This document shows, one piece after another, positions 46,929-59,576 of a stretch of DNA of 64,000 nt. How positions within the stretch are numbered: the stretch's first letter is position 1; every line of letters starts with the position of its first letter. The translations under genes were made by a program, and so were the position numbers. The notes beneath the pieces are model-generated. The model was not told the origin of the DNA, searched no databases, and saw only the letters and a list, made by a program, of their open reading frames with translations. The stretch lies in assembly GCA_963514005.1 (NCBI GenBank), contig OY740792.1, positions 15,562,001-15,626,000 of the forward strand, written 5' to 3'. The DNA comes from Raja brachyura. Its lineage: Eukaryota.

Positions 46929-49900
46929 TGAATTGTATTGAAATTATCTCAGACATGCAAGAAGTGAAAGGCTATGTATAATTTTATTCTTTCCAAACCA
47001 GAATTTTATAAAAAAACAAAAAAGGATCTGAATAGGAAAATAAAAAATACAGATGCCAGAAATCTGAGATAAACACAAAGTGTCGGATATACTCAGGAGT
47101 TCAGTCAGCATCTGTGGAAAAAGAAAATGCATTAATGATTTGTCAATAATCATTTATCAGAATTTCATCAGTTTTGATGAAAAATCATCAATCTGAAACT
47201 TTAAATTTATTTCCTTACGGATGATGAAGGAAGGTTTTTATTCAGTTCCCTGCTCGGTCAAATTTGTTGAAAAGGTCAAAAACTGTGGGAATAGAATGAA
47301 ACTTGCCATAAATGTGTTTCATGCTTAAATGGAATATTGCATCTAGCATTCAGACATGAAATGCCACAAAATTCAACCAAAATAGTCTGGTCTCAGACAC
47401 ATTTGAATGAAAGAACAATAACATGCTGGAACTGCTCTGGTCGGGCAACATCTATGCACAGGGAATAGTACACATCTCACGTTGAAGGCAATTCATAGAT
47501 CTGAAACATTAACTTGTTTTGCTCTCCAGATGCCACATAACCCATTGTAAATTTCCATCTTTTTCTGTTTATAATTCTAGATTGCCAGCATTTTGTTTTT
47601 CAAACATGTTTAAGTGCGTTGGTATGTTTAGAATACGTTTTTATGTATCAGGTAGATGGGCATCAACGTCATTAAAAATTGTAATTCTTTCAAAATGAAT
47701 TAATACTTTGATAACCATTCGTCGCATTTATTTCTTCTCTACCGCAAAGAGAATGATGCCAGCTGAAGTTGATGTTCCATGAACATATTGATAAATTAGA
47801 CCCAAATTAGAATATGCTTACTGATTTATGAAGCTTAAAATTGTAAGCCCAAGAAAACTTGAATCATTCACACAAGACAAGATGTAAAGGGCTTCTCAGG
47901 TGGGAAATTGACTGACACAAGGAATGGAATGGGTAGGGAAGAGTTTAATATATGCTTGGATTTCAAGCACATAATCATATCCTAATGCCCAGATGAGATT
48001 TTCCTAGCAATTGATTGTTAAATATTGGAAAAAGGTTAATCAGTTTGAAATTGTGGCAGATATTCTGTAACTGATGTGAAAGTACACCAGGTTCAGGAAC
48101 AGCTACTTTCCTACAGCTATCGGGTTCTTGAACCAACTCGCACAACCACATTCTTCAACTTCTGAAATTGAATAGTCCAAGCTTTGGTGATTTATTTATG
48201 AAGAACATTTGTTGATATGGCATTCAGCAGGATGTTGATGTGGTACACAGCAGGATGTTCCACAAACACACCCTAGATTATAGTTAATCTCACAATAAAA
48301 TGACAAAAGTGGCATAACAATTGGCAATTACCTCAGCAAAGCCATTATCCACTACTGACTATTGTCCATGCACTTTAAATCATGCTGTGTGTAAAGCATT
48401 GGACTTATAAGCAGAGGCAGCAATATGGTGAAGATCATGCCTAGGTTTAGAATGTGGAGCTATGGCACAACAGGAGTCAGGCTTTTATTTATTTTTTAAA
48501 AGGAGTTAAGGGGAATTTTTTAAATGGGGCAAAGAAAGTGTTATTTTAATGAATAAAATACTTTATAGAATTAATAAATTGCTTTATGTAAATTTCTACT
48601 GTGTAAGCCAAACATACTTCAAATGAACTCAATCATACCCCTTGGTGCACAATGAAAGCATGATACTAAAGCCACTTTTAAAAAAGATCAAAGGAAATAC
48701 AAATTTTGCGAAGCGCAGCAGTTTAAAAATAATATCTTAAAAAGGAATACAGTCTACAATTTAAAATTCTTTATTATTAAATAACGTGGTATATTTCTGA
48801 AACAGGTTGAAGAGGGTAGCATTGTTTAAATACAACTTCAGACTCTCATAGTTGAGTAAATGCTTGGTATGGTATATTTTATTGAAGGCAGATTAACTGC
48901 AAAATTGGCTGGGTCAAAAAAGTGAATCTCAACAGAAGGTGATGTTTTAGTCTTAAAATAAAAAGTGGGCAAACATGGACATTGGTCAAACAAACAAGAA
49001 ATCCCACTGTAGATTTGATCTTCATATGTGCTCTACACTGAATTGACAAATCTTAGCTGGAACAAAATAGGGTCTAGCATTTCTAGACTCCTCACAGATA
49101 ATTCTAGACTCTATACTGATTGGGATTGGGCTGTGGAACAACAATGGCCGTTTCTGGTCTCAAACGTATATATACCCATGACTGCTGACCTGTGGACCAT
49201 ATACCAACCTGGAACAGCACTTTTGAAGAGGTGGGGTAGGAGTGATGAGAAAATTAAAACTATATTCACAAGATATTAGTGTAATAATTTTATTACAGAG
49301 ATGACAGCAAATGATGTTCTGGAATGAAAGACACACAAAACTAAAAACTAGCAGTATCAAACAATCACTAAAATGTATTACATATTGAAGAATATGCAAA
49401 AATTATTTTTTTCCTCCAGCAGCAGGAATAAAGCACAAACACACACCTGGAAACTATAGATCATATCATGTAATGTTTCTAGCTGAAGCAATATGTCTTT
49501 ATCAGAAACATGAAATTAATTCTTCTGATGTTAGCTGAAGTGCAATGCCACGTTTTCTGCATCAACATTGGTGCGCAATGCAATGTCTTACAAACAGGGA
49601 GGAATCTACACCGATCCTTCCTGGGAAACGGGGCAACTTCAACTGTTGTGCTTGGAATAAGCTACTTCTACTTATTCCATTCTAAATGGGAAGTAATGAA
49701 TAAACATCTGAAGAAGGGTTCAGTTTTGGACGATTTTTCCGACCTTGAGGGAAACATGCCTGAAGTAGTCGATCCATTGCTCCGTCATAATAGAAGGAGT
49801 ACTTTCAGAAATGTAAATAACGAGTATCAGGTGCTTCAGGTGGACTTCTCTGAAACTACACACCCCAGTATCAAAATGAATTTCAATGTGCTCACTGGAA

Positions 49901-52900
49901 CCAAGCTTGGACCACAATCTTCATTGCTGCAGACATAGCACCTGCAAAAGGTTTCTACTGTGGGTAGCTGGACAATGGTTTAAATACTGGAGTCTGGGGG
50001 ATGGCAGAAAAACATATTAAGAAACAATTTTGATTCAAGATTACACGTTTTATTCCTCACACCATTATTATCCCAGAGCTAACATAATTTTCAGTCCTAG
50101 TATTTTCATCTAAATGACAAATCTGTACAAGTATCCAGGAGGAGGAATCTCATTGATAACCTGCGTCAAAACAACATTCACACTTTCCAGTTGTCCCAAG
50201 CCAGTAAAGTGTGATGAACAGGTTTCCTTCCTTATCCCAGGAATTATGAGCTGTTACATATATCCCACTGCTTTTCAAACTCAAAACAGCTAATTTACCA
50301 GGGACTGGAAATCAGCCATGATCTTCCTGGTCCATATGGATCTTTAAGCAATAACTGATTATAAACCCTAAAAAACATTGTTAAAATCTTCAGTTACTGT
50401 TTAACTCCTCCCTCCCCTCCACCCTCACTGGAAACCAGTCCATGAGAAAATAGAAATGCAACACAAGTGTTTGTGTGAATTGATAGACTGCACGTAATTC
50501 AGTTTATCTGAGTAGCTGTAATTCTGGAGAATCAGAGCTTGCTCAACTGGATATGGACCAGCTCCAGAACATATAGATGGGAAGCAACACTAATAAAGCA
50601 AAGTCTTGATAACTAACTGGCAATTATTAGTGTTGATGCACATCCAGCTCACAAGCCTTCATAGCCAAGTGAGATTGTGCTAGGTAGACTCAAGTTGAAA
50701 CCCCAATCCTGCAGGCTCGTGGAATGGAGCGCTGAAGAAAATGGATTGGAGAGCAAAGGTGTAGAGCGGGAGGAGGTCATTAAGGAGGAATCATCTCAAC
50801 AACATCACAACATTTCCGACTTTAAATCTGTTATCAGTTATTTAATTACTGAACGCTAATTAAAACTTAGGGAGAAAAGTAGCATTTGAACTAGTTGGCA
50901 AGAATCCTTCCACCAAGTGACAACATTAAGCAGGCTGATCTAATTTTAAATATGACTGTAGGATTTTGTAATGGAAGTGACAAGTGTGACAAAACCATAA
51001 CAGGAAGTCAAGAGTATATAAAGAAGTGAATGATGACATAACATTGAGATATAACCAATCTTAAAGACTTGTTCTGTTTTCCTTGGAAAGGATTCAACAC
51101 CATTAGATCAATGTTTTTTTTAAATTTGGAAAATGTCTTGCATAGCTAACTGAACTTCATGTATTGAATCCTATTTGTGTACCATCTGCCACAACCCCAA
51201 TAATTGTCGCAGTTCAGTGTGTATTGGCCTTCAACAACAGTTGTGAAAAAGTTAGAATGCACTAATGCAAAAAAATGTACACGTAGCAAAAGTAGGGTGC
51301 TTTTAACAGAGGGTAAAGAGGGGTCAGGAGAAGGAAAAAGAGGCCACATTTCCTGGACTGGAATACAGACACTAGTTCATGTTTGTAAAAGGACATTTAT
51401 TCTGCTCATTTACTGAGTCTCTTTCTGAAACAATAACCAAATCACTCTTCAGACCAGCCATATCATAAATACACCCTCATGCTACTCCTTCTTTACACTT
51501 ATCTCTGTTGACCAAGTAGCTTCTAATGCCCTGGAACCATTATTGCCACAGCAAAGTGCAATGAGGTGCAATAAGCAGCAACAAGGTTTAAGGCTGTGGA
51601 ATATCCTGATAATCTTTGATAGCTTATGCTGTCACGTCTTTCCCATCTCTAAATATCTTTGATGTACAGGGCCGTTCAGAAAACAGTTGAAAAACATTTA
51701 ATTAAAAAATTGTCCACATTTAATTAATATCAATATTAATTAAAACAGATCATAAACAAACCACTTTACCATTTGCCTCACTTACCATTTTAAAGCAAAT
51801 CTATGTTTCTCGTCAAATAAACACCCGTTTTGTAAAAGTTAGGGGCCAGATAGAAAGAGCATCTAGTTCCTTAGCTCAGTTTAATTAAAACTACTCCTGG
51901 ACATAGTCCAGGGAAGGAGCACAAATTTGGATACGAGTATATCTGACTTCCCGCACATGCCATACTTCAGTGATGCAGTGTGCAAGAACAGGTCAGAATT
52001 TGTTCACGGTGTGCAGTAGCTGGGCAATGAGTTCCTATAGAACTGTCAGTCACCATCAGTGCAATCTAGCCCATTATTCTTAGAAATAACAAGGAAATAG
52101 GCACATTGTCATATTTAGTAATGAACCACGGTTAGTTCGCAGTCTAAAATATATTGCTAACATTTCCCCAATTCCAATCTTAATACAAGGCAGAGTCTGA
52201 ATGGAAACACACAACAACAGCTAAGATTTTAGAATTGGTTGAGGCCGACAATGTGATGACACAAAGGTTATGGCAATCTGGAGGAACTTGTGCATGGTTA
52301 AAGCCACAGCAGAACAGTTCGGGGTATTTAAAAAAAACATAATACACAACCAGCTTATACCCTAAAAAGAAGGAAGTGTTCTATTTCCAAATGAAGCAAT
52401 GGACAATGAAAGGGGCAAAAGACAAATAAACTAAAATTAAAGAGTTAAAAAGACAGTAACTAGCACAGATCCATAAGATAGGGATATGCATATTGAACAG
52501 CAAAGGTTGACAAAGCAGATAATAAGAACTACCAAAAATGTATTAAAAGAAACAGGCAAGGTAAATCAACTACAAATTTAGATGGTTATGAGACGATTCG
52601 ATTAACATTTTCAAGGTATTAAGATGGGAACGGATAGAATGGAAAGTGAAAAGTTTTGCTCGTTGAGAATTTCTTGACAGCTGGGCCCAGATCCTTCAGA
52701 AGTGAGAAGTTATCGCTACGAAGAGGAGCAGCAGAAATTTGGAACTCTTTCATAAAAGCAAATTAATACTCAATCAAATGTTAATCTTAAACTCAACACT
52801 GAGAGATGTTTGATAAATATGAAGGGAATTGGGGAAAAGAAAGGTACTTTGTAAGGCCACGGTTCAGTCGTAACCTACCAAACAGCAAAGAGCCTTATGG

Positions 52901-53690
52901 GGATATATAGCACCTCCCTTATTTCAATGTCATCATGGTCACCATCAGGATAAAATGTCAAATTGGAGTATTTATATATCGTATGCAAAGATTCTCATAA
53001 ATACGTTGTTTAGTTAAACGTCTGCACCAGGAGTTCAAAAACTGGGAACCTTACACTAGTGGGTTGCATCATTCTATTCCTGGACCTACTCAATTTATAC
53101 TTGACTTATAGTCAATGCTTAACATAGTCAATTGACTTTCATTCATACTTGATTTATAGTCAATTGACTTATAGTCACCCCAAGTTTTCTAAGCTTACTG
53201 GAGATATCAAATTTTGCAAAGCTTTGCTCATCAAAGCTTTACTTTGCTTTTGAAAATCAATTGGCTAGAGCTGACTTAAACTACCATTAATGAAACTCTT
53301 AATTTCATTCAAGTCCGTGAAAGCAGCAGCAGACCAGTTAACCATGGATGGCAGTAGACCTAGGCCAAGGGCAATTGCTTTCTCACTTATCATTCTGTGT
53401 TCATTTTTCAATGGAAACATAAAACAATGATTAGGATTGAGAACAATTTTCTGATTATAATACCACAGGTCCCTTGAAATCACTCTTTAAAATTCTAATT
53501 GTTATTTTGCCTGAGAATACCCTATAACATTGAATTAGAATTGATCCCAAGATGCAATTGTGCACAGATTTGTGCTAATCTGACGTTACATATTGGGCAT
53601 CCATTTAAACTTAATACACCCGGTAAATAATAAAGAAAACAAATTAAATCACCCATGACTGGGTTCTATTAATGTATTTAATGTACTTAC

Positions 53691-53825
53691 ATTCAAGCTG
53701 AAAGAAATGGGTTTCAGTTCATTAACTTTAATTGGTTGATTACTGAATGGTTCATCCTCTGCAGGGGCACGAGGTTTGCTACCCAATTCATTATCATCGT
53801 TGCTTTCCACTATTTTCTTGCATTT
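53691..53825 (-). CDS. SON: SON exon 5 (135 nt)
   Basis: ctcag|AAA...AAT|gtaagt. KCKKIVESNDDNELGSKPRAPAEDEPFSNQPIKVNELKPISFSLN. Confidence 0.93.
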
Positions 53826-54728
53826 CTGAGAAGGAAGTAGCCAAATAATTTATAAAAAGCCAAATATACACATTGAATGAAAACACAATGTAGATGCTAA
53901 CATTAAATCAATGCTAACAGTATAAACTTCAAGACGAGTAAAGGTATTTGACGTTTATCCTGTAAACAAATCTTCTAATTGTTTAATTGCTACATTTCTT
54001 TTTTTTTTCTCAGGTCTTCACCAAACAAGACTCCAGGCTTTGCCAGCTTCTCTTCCTGGATTGATAAGGGATCGATGGAAATAGTCAATGTTCCTTCTAA
54101 TAGCTATCTAGTATTTGTGTCGTCATATTAAATGCAAATCAGAATGGGGGAAACATAGGCCCAGATGTCGATGTGCAGCTTAACTTACTTTATATAGTAT
54201 TCAAAAAGGAATATATCTGGATGAAAGCCTCCTGCACTCAACCAGTAAACCCTGTGCAATTCCTCCAGTTTGTATGTGGCCTCACCCTGGCAAGAGACGA
54301 CCCAGGACAGAAAGGTTGGTATGGGTACGGGGATCTTCACCAAACAAATTTGGACATGGCTCCATGCTGAAGCATCAAATATAAAATTACCCACACGGTT
54401 TTCTGGACTTGGAATTGATTACTAAACCTTCTTTCCCCTCTCCCATTTCCATGTATTGTAATGCAGACAGTAGCTGCCTTCCTGTACCCTGGTCACATCA
54501 CATACTTAATTCTAGTTGATGAGAGTAGAGTTCCAAATCTCAAATGGTTATGTAGAATAAAGGTCAAACTTGGAATGGTACTATCTTACAAGCTCAAACA
54601 AAAGGGAACCCTGACAAAAATCTAGCCAAATTTCTAATATCTTATAACCTCTGGTCTTTAAAAATTAGGAACCCTGTAGCAAAATAAGACACCACTAAGC
54701 ATTACAAGGAAATCAATATATTATTTAC

Positions 54729-54886
54729 CTCTGTGAATTCTTGTATTGATGAACAACCCATTTTTTTGGTGATCACTTTTTTAATAAGAGGCACAACAGG
54801 TTTCAAGTTTGCTGGCAGAGGCATTCCAGCTTTGGCACACATGGCTGCAGCATTGGCTTTTGCTATCTCTAGCAACTGTGCTTTAT
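54729..54886 (-). CDS. SON: SON exon 4 (158 nt)
   Basis: ttttacag|AT...GAG|gtaaat. DKAQLLEIAKANAAAMCAKAGMPLPANLKP, a strong SON signature. Confidence 0.97.
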
Positions 54887-55612
54887 CTGTAAAAATCAAA
54901 CCAGAAATCCTCAGTGAATTATTTTGATTCTGCAGTGGGACAACGGACAATTATTTTTCACTCGGTTCCCTCTAGAATTGACCTTCCGCAATGGAAGTGG
55001 CCCTTTAGCAAAAAGAGAGACCATATCACAAAATGGCTCTTTAGCAAAAGGGGAGACAATATTGATTAAATTTTCAGATATCAAATGCCATCACATTATC
55101 AGCACATTTTTCCTCAAAAATTGCAGTTGCCGTTATGGGTCCCTTTTTCGACACTTCTGGCTTATTTAATGAATCCAGATGTGAATGGAATGTCCCTTTT
55201 AACATAAATTAAATTACCTTTAAACTATAGTTAATCAAATCAAATGTCCTTAAAAAAGGATATAAAAAAACCCCAAAATCACATATTTGCAGAAAGGGAA
55301 GTGGGTTCAAGGAAAGAGCATTCACGTCGTGGCCCTGTTTCCACTAATCTTCCCACCATCACGCACAAGAAGCACAAGACTGACACCATTGCATGCAGAT
55401 GCCGAGAAGTGTGTTCAGCTCTGGCTGATCAACCTAATCTTGTGTGTGGACTCGACAAGAAGAAAGGGAAGTAGCTTAAGCAGCTGTCCACAATGAAGAA
55501 TTACAGAGAAATGAAGTGAAACAGGTAGTAAAACAGCTAATTGACTTCTTCTATCCTGCCCAGCTTTTTTCTCTATGATCGTGGTCTTTCATGTTTATTG
55601 ATTTTTCACAAA

Positions 55613-56572
55613 TTCATAAGTTATAGGAGGAGAATTAGGCCATTCGGCCCATTATGTCAACTCTTCCATTCAATCATGACTGATCAATCTTTCACTCTCA
55701 ACCACATTCTCCTGCCTTTCCCCATAACCTCGAACACCCGTACTAATCAAGAATCTATCAATCTCCACCTTAAAAATATCCATTGACTTGGCCTGCACAG
55801 CCTTCTGTAGCAATGAATTCCAGAGATTCATCACCCTCTGACTAAATAATTTCCTCATCTCATAAGACCATGTGAAAGGAGATGAATTAGGCCATTCAGC
55901 CCATCAAGTCTCTTCCACCATTCAATCATGACTGATCTATCTCTCCCTCCTAAACGCATTCTCCTGCCTTCTCCCCATAACCTCCGACACCATACTAATC
56001 AAGAATCTATCTATCTCTGTCCTAAATATATCCACTGGTATTGCTTCCAGTCTTCTATGGAAAATAATTCCACAGATTCACCACCCTCTAACTAAACAGA
56101 TTCCTCCTCATCTTCTTCCTAAAAGAACGTCCTTTAATTCTGAGGCTATGACCCCTAGTCTTAGACTCTCATACTAGTGGAAACATCCTCTCCACATCCA
56201 CTCTATCCAAGCCTTTCACTATTCTGTACATTTCAATTAGGTCCCCCCCCCCTCATTCTTCAAAACTCCAGTAAGTATAGGCCCTGCTCATCATATGTTA
56301 ACCTACTTATTCATGGGATCATTCTTGTAAATCTCCTCTGGATGTTCTCCAGAGCCAGTACATCCATCCTCAGATATTGTGCCCAAAATTACTCACAATA
56401 TTCCAAATGCAGCCTGACCAGCACCTTATAGAGCCTCAGCATTACATCCCTGATTTTGTATGTAAGCCCTCTCGAAATAAATGCTTGCATTGCGTTTGCT
56501 TTCTTTACCACCTTTGTCAACGTACGTCCTTTTAATCTGAGGCTAAGCCCTGGGGTCCTAGAATCTCCCACC
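55613..56572 (-). mobile_element. Cluster of CR1 3' fragments (two tails in tandem plus rearranged pieces)
   Basis: RKLFSQRVMNLWNSLLQKAV and ANAMQAFISRGL...LYKVLVRLHLEYCE on the minus strand. Confidence 0.88.
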
Positions 56573-56888
56573 AGGCCTCTACAACAATCTTAAGTGATTT
56601 TGACTGTAGATTGGCCTAACAACTACTGAGAATGAATGTGGATTCGTAGATTTTCCTCACAATATAAAAAAGTGTCATTTTAGCCAGTTCTTAGAGCATT
56701 CCCATTCCCCACAACGCCACAGATTATACAGCACCCCGGATCAGGGTTGAATCCAGGAGTTTTCTGAAGTTATGTGACAGCACCACTATCTGAACTTAAA
56801 ACTGATTCTGCAGCCGATAACCTTCGATAATAAAAAGGCAGCTTTGATGAAATCCACTATACATGCAGAAAATAAAGCTGTCTCTTAC

Positions 56889-58193
56889 CCAAATCTGTGA
56901 GACGTTCAGGCGTTCTACTGTTACTTTTTCTCCTCAAAGGAGATCTGGATCTCCTTCGCCAATCAGGTGACCTCCGTGTCCTCACAAGTCGACTAAGGTA
57001 TCCTCTCGAAGCTGATGGACGAACTACCCGCTCATTGGACCTTGACCTGGGTCTTGGCGAACGTGATCGTTTTACTCCAGGTTTTGATCGCCGGGGAGAA
57101 CCTGATCTAGTCCTACTCCTGCGTTTTGAACGTGAGCAAGATCTAGAATAGCGTCGTGATTTTGACTGGCCTTTGGACCTTGCTATAGAGTTTGATCTTG
57201 ATTTATGGCGTATCCGTAAAGGTGAACGAGATTTCGATTTTGACCGTTGTTCTTTTTTTGCGATGGAACGAGATCTAGATGATTTCCTTTTGGACTTTGG
57301 GGATGATTCTGTGTGTTTTTTCCTTTCCCTTGAAGTTGATTTTGATCTATGTCGAGTTGGCGATGGCCTTTTCCTGGAAGATGAACTCTGTGATGTATGT
57401 CGTCTACTAATGGAGCTGGCACATGATTTCCTTACAGGAGAATGTTGAGAGTGGGAATGCGACTGGGATTTGTGATGTTTTATTGATTTTGAAGGAGATC
57501 TTGACCGACTTCGTTTCGCCTTCTTTCCTTCAGATTGTTCAAGTTTATTTTTTTCTTCAATAGTCTGAGTAGATTTTGACTGTAAACTGTCTGAACTTCT
57601 ATCAGGGATCAATCTATTTGCCTCGTCCTGATCACAAGCTGATACTGTAGCCAATAATTCAGGAACATTTCCAGTAGTAGCACATTCAATACCATTATTT
57701 GTGTCATCAGCAATGTTCTCTTTTGCATTTTCATCTATGTTACATTTGTCCTGTGGCAATGGCTTAATTTCAGCCACTGAGCACTCTTTCTCAACTCCTA
57801 TTGGTTCAACCGTATTCACATCAATTGTATCTAATGTTTTTTTATTTAATTCAGTGCTGCCCGATTCCATCAAAAGGGAGCAATTTTTACTCTCTTCGAT
57901 ACCACATTCAGTGCGCAGCGGCGATTTGGAGTGTGATTTTGATTGTGATTCTAATTTTAAGTCAGGCTCTGACTTCAGACTTATCTGAGATTTTGACCGA
58001 GACCTTTCGCGGTCTCTTTTCTTGTCATCTTTTTTCTTCTTCTTTTTCTTTTTCTTCTTACTCTTGTGGTGATGCTTATGTTTATGTTTTTTGCTTTTTT
58101 TTGATGGAGTTGAACTATCTTCTTTGTTATCCAACGCCGGGCAATTAACTGGTTCTGTTGTTATGCTGTCTACAGTCATATTTTCTTTATTAT
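56889..58193 (-). CDS. SON: SON exon 3 (1305 nt): Lys/His-rich segment, short acidic linker, RS domain
   Basis: tattcag|AT...G|gtaaga. Contains KKSKKHKHKHHHKSKKKKKKKKK and a long RS-rich tract ending RTPERLTDL. Phase 1-1 joins exons 2 and 4. Confidence 0.93.
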
Positions 58194-59412
58194 CTGAATA
58201 AAAAGAATAATGATAGACAACTGCCAAGGTACACTCAAATCATAACAAATCAATTATCTTTTGAATCAAAAATTAATGTACATGTCAATTTCAATAATAA
58301 CCAACAAAAATTTCATAGATGGAAAACCACAGAAATAAAACTATTAAAAACAAAATGTATTGAACGTCCTGAATTGTCCTTTTACCAGCTGACATGATGA
58401 CAAATAACCATTATTGGTTTTACTTTTGATGGTTAAAATTCTTCTTGTAGAGATAAGTAGTATTTTCCTTTATATCCATATAATCTCAATCAGAAAGTTT
58501 AAAAATGTCAGATGTTACAGTAATGGCATCAGAAATACAGAAAGATTTAGATTGTTGTGACGCAATGGGCTTAGTGCACTTGGGAAGAGGGAAAGGTGGA
58601 GGATAATGGCTAACCTCCAAGATTTACTTAATAAATTGTTCCAGAACATTAAGTGGATGGTATCACAATTCAACCAATGAAACTGAAAATCAGTTTTCAT
58701 TTGAGATTGAATGCCACCAGTCAATTCCATTAAACTTCAGAATTCAGTCTGTTAAGAATTTAATGGGCAAACATAAATAAATTACATTTATCTGTGCAAA
58801 AAGTTCAAAACATTGTCATTTATGAGATATTCGCTTGCATATCTAATAGGGAATTCGGAAGGACATACTTGCTACATTAAAGCGCTACATAAATGGAAAC
58901 TGCTGTTATGTCCACAGGCAGCATTGGCCCATTTGGAATACATTTGGGAATAGTGTTCTAGTCCAGGCGCAACACTGGAAAAGCAGTGAAAGCCTTAGAG
59001 AGTGAGGAACAGATTTATTGAGGAATGATAAACTTTAGTTATACAGATTGACTGCAAAATCTGAAGTTGTTCTCTGTGGGATAGAGGAAATTCAGAGGCA
59101 AAGCAGAATTTGATTGGTTTCTGAACCGGAAGACAGAGAATAAAGGCAATAGCAAAGGAATAAAAACTGTTCTTTCTAACATAACTTTTTAAGCAGCAAG
59201 TGGCTAGGATTTGCAATGCATTACCAAAGAGGATAGTGTCAGGGGACTGGGATTAGTTGGATTACCCTTCCATGGCCTTGTTCCACACTCTAACAGCAAT
59301 TCAATTAAGACTCAGAAAATCATGAATTTTGATATTGTATGATATCCAGTTCAAACTTAAAATAATGTTATTTAACAATCGAGAATAGGAGAGAAAGACC
59401 ATTTATGCTCAC

Positions 59413-59576
59413 CAGGATTATCACTTTGCTTTTCATCCAAGCTAGATAATGCATTTTCATTATTGTTTACAATCTGCTCTTCCTGTGTGTCCTCTGTGGT
59501 AGCAACCACAACTTCAGACTCCTTCGGCTCCATCTCCGTTTTAAATTCACCATTTGCTTCATTGCTCACCTTTCCA
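59413..59576 (-). CDS. SON: SON exon 2 (164 nt)
   Basis: tatttcag|T GGA AAG...CCT G|gtgagc. GKVSNEANGEFKTEMEPKESEVVV..., phase 2-1, as expected for SON exon 2. Confidence 0.85.

Noticed and set aside
49708-49730. CTGAAGAAGGGTT as another hammerhead
   Set aside because: No closing stem II strand or GAAAC follows, and there is no flanking terminal-repeat homology.
51778-51870. Cryptic SON cassette exon ending at a strong ATG|GTAAGT donor
   Set aside because: No convincing upstream acceptor with a pyrimidine tract and no recognisable coding similarity.
56897-58148. Plus-strand ORFs overlapping SON exon 3
   Set aside because: Antisense shadow frames of the RS/K-rich coding sequence.
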